From a virus (Duplodnaviria; Caudoviricetes): a stretch of 32,691 bases of DNA. A model generated the notes under the pieces. The model saw only the letters and a program-made list of their open reading frames with translations. It searched no databases and had not been told where the DNA came from. Positions 26,888 to 32,691 of the stretch are shown here, one piece after another. Position numbers and translations under genes: made by a program. The number at the start of each line of letters is the position of its first letter. The first letter of the stretch is position 1. The DNA lies in the IMG/VR virus record IMGVR_UViG_3300005805_000014, positions 1-32,691 of that record, one strand, 5' to 3'.

Positions 26888-27634
26888 ATGAACACAGGTC
26901 AAATAATAAAAAGTAGGTCAACTGAGCGGTTTACTACTTTGCCTAACGAGGTTTTAAAAAGTAAAAAACTATCTCTTGAGGAAAAGGGATTTTTAAGTTT
27001 TCTTTTGAGCCTTCCATGTGATTGGGTTATTTACAGGCAGAATCTCTACAATGAATTGCCAGACAAGAAAGGAACTATAGACAAGCTGTTTAGAAACCTA
27101 CAGCAGAAAGGCTATATTCTTAGTGTAAAAGTACATGATCCGAAAACAGGGAGATTTGTAGGGTGGAATCATGTTGTGTATGATATACCTGCCGAGATTG
27201 ACAAAAACCGACAGTCGGTTAACCCGATCTCGGAAATTCCCGATCTCGGTAAAAGTGCCCCTATACTAAATACTAATAATATACAAAAGACTGATATTAT
27301 ACAAAAGACTAAGAATATACAAAAGCCATCACTTTCTGAAGTTGAGGATTATTTCTTAGAAAAAGGCAGTACAGTAGAAAAAGCTAAACAGGCATTTGAA
27401 TATTATGAGGTTGCGGATTGGCATGATTCAAAAGGGAAACCTGTAAAAAATTGGAAACAAAAAATGTTGTCAGTTTGGATAAATAATTCTAATTTTAAAA
27501 CTAACTTTAACAAACCAACTAAAATGCAAATGTATGAGGACTTATTTAACAGAGTCGCAGCTAATCTCAAAAGCGAGGAAAACTCCGAAACTGATGGATT
27601 CGGATTCTCAGGATATATTGAAAATAATCACTAA
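26888..27634 (+). CDS. Phage replication initiator (N-terminal wHTH)
   Basis: FTTLPNEVLKSKKLSLEEKGFLSFLLSLPCDW...LQQKGY; internal iterons; C-terminal PSLSEV..YF...W.DSKGKPVKNWK. Confidence 0.8.
   Translation: MNTGQIIKSRSTERFTTLPNEVLKSKKLSLEEKGFLSFLLSLPCDWVIYRQNLYNELPDKKGTIDKLFRNLQQKGYILSVKVHDPKTGRFVGWNHVVYDIPAEIDKNRQSVNPISEIPDLGKSAPILNTNNIQKTDIIQKTKNIQKPSLSEVEDYFLEKGSTVEKAKQAFEYYEVADWHDSKGKPVKNWKQKMLSVWINNSNFKTNFNKPTKMQMYEDLFNRVAANLKSEENSETDGFGFSGYIENNH
27192..27327. other. Probable replication origin inside the initiator gene
   Basis: CCGA at 16-bp period (27192, 27208, 27224, 27240), then three TATACAAAAG at 18-bp period. Confidence 0.7.
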
Positions 27635-28205
27635 AGGGATGATCCTGTTAGGGGTAAAAGGTGAAAGGTTGCCTTCAGAGTTTGAGCTAAACTATATCTC
27701 AAAAATGATGAAGGTTGACTATGCTAACTTACCTATAGGAGAGTTTGATTTGGCATTCGAGTTATGTGCTAAAAACAAATTGGATGAGGTTGCGGAAACT
27801 TTCCAGAATTTCTCAGTCCTTTACCTAACGAGAATGATGGGCAGCTATGCCAGATGGGTAAGAGCTAATTATGTTCCTGAGCCTATACCAGAAACAAAGC
27901 AAATAGAAGCTCCAAAAGTTACTGATGATGAAATCCTGCAGACTTCATTTGAGATATACAAGAGAAATAAAGATTGGGAGCATATTTTCAATGGGTTAAG
28001 ATGTTTTAAAATTTTGCACAGCAGAGGATTAATAACAGACTTTGAGGGAACTCTGGAAAGAACAGAGAATGCTATCAGAGAGAAGTTCAGATATGCTGAC
28101 CATAAAGAGAAAAAGCAGATGAAAGAGATTCTGGAAGATGATGAGCAGATGGAATTAAATTGTCGCAGAATGGCAGTTGCTGAATATTTCAAAACTTTAA
28201 TGTAA
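27534..28205 (+). CDS. Hypothetical protein, possible helicase loader
   Basis: Directly follows the initiator, in the lambda-P position. Start may be ATG 27594. Confidence 0.55.
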   Translation: MRTYLTESQLISKARKTPKLMDSDSQDILKIITKGMILLGVKGERLPSEFELNYISKMMKVDYANLPIGEFDLAFELCAKNKLDEVAETFQNFSVLYLTRMMGSYARWVRANYVPEPIPETKQIEAPKVTDDEILQTSFEIYKRNKDWEHIFNGLRCFKILHSRGLITDFEGTLERTENAIREKFRYADHKEKKQMKEILEDDEQMELNCRRMAVAEYFKTLM

Positions 28206-28209
28206 CTTT

Positions 28210-28392
28210 ATGAGGTGTAAGATTTGTTTAAGAATTTATACTGTAACTGAATACAATGGCAAAACAGGTAGCAAAGAGTGCCCACATTGCAGGTTTAAGC
28301 CTGACATCCACAAAGGAACTGTCAGCCTCAGACCTTACAAAATGGGCAAAGCAGCATCTGGAAAAACAGGGGGTAAGGCTCAACAGGGTTAA
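28210..28392 (+). CDS. Possible small zinc-ribbon protein
   Basis: CKIC...CPHC; overlaps the next gene extensively. Confidence 0.35.
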   Translation: MRCKICLRIYTVTEYNGKTGSKECPHCRFKPDIHKGTVSLRPYKMGKAASGKTGGKAQQG

Positions 28393-28633
28393 TAATATCC
28401 CTGTCAGGAGGAGAAAGGGTACAATTGAGAAAGGATGGGCAGACCTTCAAGGCTATGATTCAAAAGGTATTTATGTTGCAGTTGAAGTTAAAAAAATCGG
28501 AGATACAGTAAAGCCAGAACAGGTCAGTAGGTTGCATGATGTTGCTACCTGTGGCGGTAAGGCTTACATCTGTACAGAGGATGAAGGCAAACCCATTTTA
28601 ATTGAGTTTGGTGAGTTTGGAGAGTTTGCGTAA
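28256..28633 (+). CDS. VRR-NUC / PD-(D/E)xK nuclease (resolvase-like)
   Basis: GWADL...VAVEVK...PEQ...GG.AYI. Confidence 0.8.
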   Translation: MAKQVAKSAHIAGLSLTSTKELSASDLTKWAKQHLEKQGVRLNRVNNIPVRRRKGTIEKGWADLQGYDSKGIYVAVEVKKIGDTVKPEQVSRLHDVATCGGKAYICTEDEGKPILIEFGEFGEFA

Positions 28634-29105
28634 TGAGATACTCACAGAGTTCTGGAGCAGTAGAGAAGTGAATGAGGCTATCTCTAAAATGAAACCTGTG
28701 GAATTGCAGGAGGATTTGAAAAGTGAGGTTTTCCTGATTTTGGCAGAGTTGGATCAGCAGAAATTAGTTGATCTGTACGATAGGAAACAATTAAGATTTT
28801 ACATAGTCAGAATAATGCTGAACTTGGTACAATCTACAGATAAAAAATTCTATAGAAAGTACAGGGATTTTGTGGAATGGGTTGAGATAGAAAAACCAGA
28901 TGTAAAAGAGGTTGACATAACAGAGGGATTATTAAATCATGTGGAGGGACTTTATTGGTATCAGAAAGAGATTCTCAGACTGTATGCCTTCGAGTTCAAC
29001 GGAAATGCAAGGGAGCTGAGTAGAAAGACAGGGATTCCGTACATGAGCATAATAAGAACTTTAAATCAAACTAAAAATGAGCTCAGAAAGAAAATTAGAG
29101 GATAG
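28602..29105 (+). CDS. ECF-like RNA polymerase sigma factor
   Basis: Region 2-like QEDLKSEVFLIL...LRFYIVRIMLN; region 4-like LYWYQKEILRLY...ARELSRKTGIPYMSIIRTLNQTKNELRK. TTG/GTG start uncertain. Confidence 0.75.
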   Translation: MSLVSLESLRNEILTEFWSSREVNEAISKMKPVELQEDLKSEVFLILAELDQQKLVDLYDRKQLRFYIVRIMLNLVQSTDKKFYRKYRDFVEWVEIEKPDVKEVDITEGLLNHVEGLYWYQKEILRLYAFEFNGNARELSRKTGIPYMSIIRTLNQTKNELRKKIRG

Positions 29106-29271
29106 CATAGTGCAGGAGGTTATAGATAAATTCTATAACAGGAGTGAGGCAGGAATAAAAAAGTATGGGACTACTCTGGACAGGGATGATCTGAATTTAA
29201 CTCAATGGCTTAACCATTTACAGGAGGAGTTAATGGATGCCATATTGTATATTGAAAAACTTAAAAAATGA
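29077..29271 (+). CDS. Small helical phage protein (possibly all-alpha NTP-PPase-like)
   Basis: GIKKYGTTLDR...WLNHLQEELMDAILY, with an EExxD acidic helix. Confidence 0.6.
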   Translation: MSSERKLEDSIVQEVIDKFYNRSEAGIKKYGTTLDRDDLNLTQWLNHLQEELMDAILYIEKLKK

Positions 29272-29510
29272 TATTAATAGCATCTGTAATGTTTGCTCTG
29301 TTTTTTACGGAGATACATATGTTCCATATGAAATGGAAACTAAATTTTAAACCATTTAACTGCTCCTCATGTCTGGCTGCATGGGTAGCACTTTTACTAC
29401 TTTTTCTGCCTGATATATTTACGCAGATTGCATTTTATATGTTTACTGCAGGAGTAGTAGCTCCATTGGCAAGAAATACAATGATTAAATTATATAAACT
29501 TTTAATATGA
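29268..29510 (+). CDS. Small membrane protein with CxxC (DUF1360-like)
   Basis: Hydrophobic, with KPFNCSSCLAAW. Confidence 0.6.
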   Translation: MILIASVMFALFFTEIHMFHMKWKLNFKPFNCSSCLAAWVALLLLFLPDIFTQIAFYMFTAGVVAPLARNTMIKLYKLLI

Positions 29511-29818
29511 AACAAGAACACAAAGATTATTTAGAAGAACACATTGGCAACTACCATACAGTTCAGAATGGGTATGTCAGAAATTTAGATATTCAACTAC
29601 TCAATATGTATGAGCATATCTACAAACTCTATCTTGATCCTCAGTTTGTTTTGACTAAATGGTGCAGCAGTTGCGTAATGGAAATGCTCCAAAGACTCTA
29701 CAGGTATTATCTCAGTTTGCCTCAGGAGGTAATTCAGGATTTGCCAATTGTACAAGAAACTGTACAAGAACCTGTACAGGAAAATGTACCTAAAAAAAGA
29801 GGCAGACCTAAGAAATGA
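29507..29818 (+). CDS. Hypothetical protein with CxxC and a KKRGRPKK tail
   Basis: WCSSCV; 12-bp tandem repeat at 29749-29789; AT-hook-like end. Confidence 0.7.
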   Translation: MKQEHKDYLEEHIGNYHTVQNGYVRNLDIQLLNMYEHIYKLYLDPQFVLTKWCSSCVMEMLQRLYRYYLSLPQEVIQDLPIVQETVQEPVQENVPKKRGRPKK

Positions 29819-30807
29819 GAATATTAGCCATAACAAGTAAATTCTCAGGGGTAGGTTATCATCGGATAATGCTGCCTTTGGTGCATATGCAGAAAGACTA
29901 CTGCCTGATCACAGATACTTTGAGTGAGGAAATAGTTGCAAAAGGTTGGGACATATTCCTGATGAATAGGTTTCTGGCTGATATAAATATTCAGGACATC
30001 ATAGATTGGCGAAAAAAATATGGATTCAAATTAGTAGTTGATAATGATGATTTCTGGCAGTTAGATGCATCTCATGTACTTTATCAGAGATATGAGGATA
30101 ATGGCATAACAGATAGGATTTTGCAATACATAAAACTCGCAGACCTAAATACCTGCACTCACGAAAGACTCGCAGAGGCAATATATCAATATAATCCTAA
30201 TGTAGATATTTTGCCTAATGCCCTGCCATATGGAGAGGAGCAGTTTCTGGACAATAAAATAGAATCAGATAAACTCAGGTTATTCTGGGCAGGTAGCGGA
30301 ACACATGAAAAGGATTTAAAGATTCTAAAAGAGCCTCTCAAAAGATTGATTGGCAAGAATGTTAAAATGATATTGGCAGGGTATAATGAGAGCGAGGGGG
30401 AGATTTGGAATTACATGGCTTATTATTTCTCTGCAGGTAGAAAATTAGATACTCACATTTACAGGTACACAGATGTAACGAGGTACATGGCAGCCTATGC
30501 AGATTCTGATGTGAGCCTGATTCCTCTGGTTGAATCTAAGTTCAACGGAATGAAATCAAATCTCAAGGTTCTGGAAACTGCTGCTAAAAAGAATCCTGCC
30601 ATAGTTTCAAATGTCCATCCTTATAAAGATTTGCCTGTACTTTATGTAAATAAGCAGTCAGATTGGAACAAACATATCAACTCATTACTCAGAGATCAGC
30701 AGATGAGGATAGGGTTAGGTCAGGAGCTTTTTGACTATTGCTCAAAACATTACAACTTTAAAGAGATAAATTCTAAAAGAAACAGCATTTATAGTAAACT
30801 ACTCTAA
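29815..30807 (+). CDS. GT-B fold glycosyltransferase
   Basis: SGVGYHRIMLP, VVDNDD, ILPNALP, WAGSGTHEKDL and PL..FNGMKSNLKVLE. Confidence 0.85.
   Translation: MRILAITSKFSGVGYHRIMLPLVHMQKDYCLITDTLSEEIVAKGWDIFLMNRFLADINIQDIIDWRKKYGFKLVVDNDDFWQLDASHVLYQRYEDNGITDRILQYIKLADLNTCTHERLAEAIYQYNPNVDILPNALPYGEEQFLDNKIESDKLRLFWAGSGTHEKDLKILKEPLKRLIGKNVKMILAGYNESEGEIWNYMAYYFSAGRKLDTHIYRYTDVTRYMAAYADSDVSLIPLVESKFNGMKSNLKVLETAAKKNPAIVSNVHPYKDLPVLYVNKQSDWNKHINSLLRDQQMRIGLGQELFDYCSKHYNFKEINSKRNSIYSKLL
30765..30794 (+). promoter_or_regulatory. Putative late promoter for the lysis region
   Basis: GATAA-N16-CATTTATAG before ATG 30808. Confidence 0.65.
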
Positions 30808-31221
30808 ATGCCTGTCATCAAATGCAGCAACGGAAAATACAGAATCGGAACAGGATCATGTATTTATGAAACTGAGGAGAAAGCTCACAAAGCATGGGCA
30901 GCCATCAGAGTTGCAATGGCAGACAGTTATAATGATTACCCTCAGGCAGCTAAAGTTAACGCACAAAGAGCCTTAAATATTAGGGATCAATACGGAACAA
31001 ATTGCGGAACTCCTGTAGGTTGGGCAAGAGCCAATCAACTTGCTAAAGGAGAAAACATTACCAGAGATACAATTGCGAGAATGGCAGCCTTTGAAAGGCA
31101 TAGGGAAAACTCTAAAGGAGATGCCAGAAAAGATTGCGGAGCATTAATGTGGTTAGCATGGGGTGGAGATGAAGGCATAGCATGGGCACAGAGAAAATTA
31201 AACGAAATTGACAATAAATGA
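30808..31221 (+). CDS. Phage protein of unknown function
   Basis: YNDYP...CGTPVGWARANQLA...RM...CGALMWLAWGG, a domain type seen in head-module genes. Confidence 0.7.
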   Translation: MPVIKCSNGKYRIGTGSCIYETEEKAHKAWAAIRVAMADSYNDYPQAAKVNAQRALNIRDQYGTNCGTPVGWARANQLAKGENITRDTIARMAAFERHRENSKGDARKDCGALMWLAWGGDEGIAWAQRKLNEIDNK

Positions 31222-31231
31222 TTTAGAAAAA

Positions 31232-31510
31232 ATGGAAACCAAAAACTCAATAATCCCCACTTTTAGCTTTGATCAGTTTACTAAAGAACCTGTCAAGGCT
31301 TTTTTATTGATTACCCTTGCAGGGATCAGCTATTTGTATGTAGATGGCAAAATGCAGTATAATGAGCAGATTGCAAAACAAGGTCAAAAAATTGAGCAAC
31401 TTGAGGCAAAGATTGATATGCTTTCTGCACAGCTAAAAAGATCGGACAGCCTTCTATCTGCTGCTGCATCTAAACTTTTGGTTTTGCAAGAATTAGGAAA
31501 AATCAAATGA
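31232..31510 (+). CDS. TM plus coiled-coil protein (i-spanin-like)
   Basis: AFLLITLAGISYLYV followed by a coiled coil. ATG 31232 preferred. Confidence 0.5.
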   Translation: METKNSIIPTFSFDQFTKEPVKAFLLITLAGISYLYVDGKMQYNEQIAKQGQKIEQLEAKIDMLSAQLKRSDSLLSAAASKLLVLQELGKIK

Positions 31511-31860
31511 GATACATATTAATGATATTATTAATGTCATGCAATACCGATAATAAAAAGATTATCGTAAATAAAGACATTGAAAAACCATTGTATGACT
31601 CTGTGATGAAAATGCTGCCAATTACTGAAAAAATAATTATTAAGAAAGAGAGGCAAATAGTATATAAATTTCAACAGGCAGAGAAAAAAATTGTAGAATT
31701 ACAAAAAGAAAACGAAAAATTAAATGAATTATCTAAAATAACAAAAACAGTTATTGTTAGAGATACCATTTACATAAAAGAGAAAACAAATTTTTGGGGT
31801 AAAAAACGTATCAGCACAGATAGTTCAAGCTCCATTGACTCAACAATAATAGAACAATGA
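31507..31860 (+). CDS. Putative lipoprotein (o-spanin-like)
   Basis: MRYILMILLMS-C signal; lysis context. Confidence 0.5.
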   Translation: MRYILMILLMSCNTDNKKIIVNKDIEKPLYDSVMKMLPITEKIIIKKERQIVYKFQQAEKKIVELQKENEKLNELSKITKTVIVRDTIYIKEKTNFWGKKRISTDSSSSIDSTIIEQ

Positions 31861-32093
31861 AAAAGCTAATAGATTGGGCAAAGGGTTTTTTATCAGACAA
31901 AGGAGAAGCATCAAGTAAAAGATTGGTAGGTTTAGTCTGTGCAGGTTTTTTGTGTTGGACTCTTTATGAGAATCATAACTCAGAGCATACTCCATCTGAT
32001 GCATTGGTATGGGCAGTTGCAGGATTAGCAGCAGCAGCCTTAGGATTTACTTCATATGAAAAAGCTATAAATAAAAAAGATGAAACTAAGTGA
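31857..32093 (+). CDS. Putative holin
   Basis: 78 aa, SSKR motif, two TM helices and a charged C-terminus; precedes the endolysin. Confidence 0.7.
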   Translation: MKKLIDWAKGFLSDKGEASSKRLVGLVCAGFLCWTLYENHNSEHTPSDALVWAVAGLAAAALGFTSYEKAINKKDETK

Positions 32094-32544
32094 GCATCTG
32101 GATTTAGTAGAAGTAACGAGGAGCGAATCAGCCAAGAGGAGAGGGATTTCTAATATGCCTACAGAGGAGCATACCAAAAATCTCAAACTCATAGCTGAGA
32201 AAGTTTTCGAGCCTATTAGAGCCAATTTCAGGCAGCCTATCCGTATTAGTAGTGGTTACAGATCACAGGCATTAAATGCTGCTATTGGCGGTGCAATGAA
32301 ATCTCAGCATAGTTCTGGAGAGGCACTTGATATTGATATGGATGGAACTGATATTAGTAATGCAGAAATCTTTAAATTTATAAAAGATAAATTGGACTTT
32401 GATCAATTGATCTGGGAGTTTGGGACAAAACAAAATCCTGATTGGGTTCATGTGAGTTATTCAGCCTCAGGAAAGCAGAGGAAACAGGTTTTGAGAGCTA
32501 TAAAGGAGCAAGGCAAAACCAAGTATATACCATATGCAGACTAA
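32080..32544 (+). CDS. Endolysin, peptidase M15 family
   Basis: SSGYRS..LN..IGGA.KSQH..GEALD...WVHVSY. Confidence 0.9.
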   Translation: MKLSEHLDLVEVTRSESAKRRGISNMPTEEHTKNLKLIAEKVFEPIRANFRQPIRISSGYRSQALNAAIGGAMKSQHSSGEALDIDMDGTDISNAEIFKFIKDKLDFDQLIWEFGTKQNPDWVHVSYSASGKQRKQVLRAIKEQGKTKYIPYAD

Positions 32545-32691
32545 ACGCAGGAGGTTATTTTTTGACATAGAAACGAGTCCTAACATTGGATTATTCTGGG
32601 AGGCAGGTTTCAAAAAGAATATTGACTACTCTAATATCATAAAAGAGAGGGCAATTATTTGCATTTGTTACAAATGGGAGGATGAAAAGGA
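32534..32691 (+). CDS. 5' part of the DEDDy exonuclease (continues across the join)
   Basis: MQTKRRRLFFDIETSPNIG..., in frame with 2..673. Confidence 0.88.
   Translation, partial: MQTKRRRLFFDIETSPNIGLFWEAGFKKNIDYSNIIKERAIICICYKWEDEK
32593..32691. repeat. Terminal direct repeat, right copy
   Basis: Identical to 1-99. Confidence 0.97.

Noticed and set aside
29749-29789. 12-bp tandem repeat TGTACAAGAAAC
   Set aside because: It is in frame and encodes a low-complexity VQE(T/P/N) linker.
1-32691. Stop-codon reassignment or a programmed tail-chaperone frameshift
   Set aside because: The standard code gives dense, intact genes, and I saw no convincing slippery site with a G/GT-type gene pair.

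Overview
This is an apparently complete, circularly assembled dsDNA tailed-phage genome of 32,592 bp. Bases 1-99 are repeated exactly at 32593-32691, and a DEDDy exonuclease gene reads in frame across the join. It is AT-rich and all credible genes lie on the + strand. The host is inferred to be a Bacteroidota member, from TAnnTTTG promoters and A-rich leaders lacking Shine-Dalgarno sequences. Modules in order: exonuclease, peptidase, HNH, methyltransferase; terS/terL; a cassette-like early gene island; tail genes and tape measure; protease, scaffold, MCP, tail tube; portal and head-tail joining genes; a 1491-aa modular tail fibre with an S74 chaperone; a spanin-like lipoprotein; recombination and lambda-like replication genes; an ECF-like sigma factor; a glycosyltransferase; lysis genes. 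I recognised no polymerase, integrase, reverse transcriptase, tRNA or CRISPR array. The most notable non-coding signals are: (1) a ~180-bp run of abutting, mutually unrelated palindromes before an early promoter (a candidate operator-decoy array); (2) a GATAA-N16/17-CATTTA late-promoter motif matching a phage-encoded sigma factor; (3) a kissing-loop RNA leader on the replication initiator, with an iteron origin inside that gene; (4) DNA-conserved junction repeats in the tail fibre, whose distal part escapes the genome-wide GCGC/GGCC/CCGG avoidance. Product calls come from motif recognition only; no searches were run.
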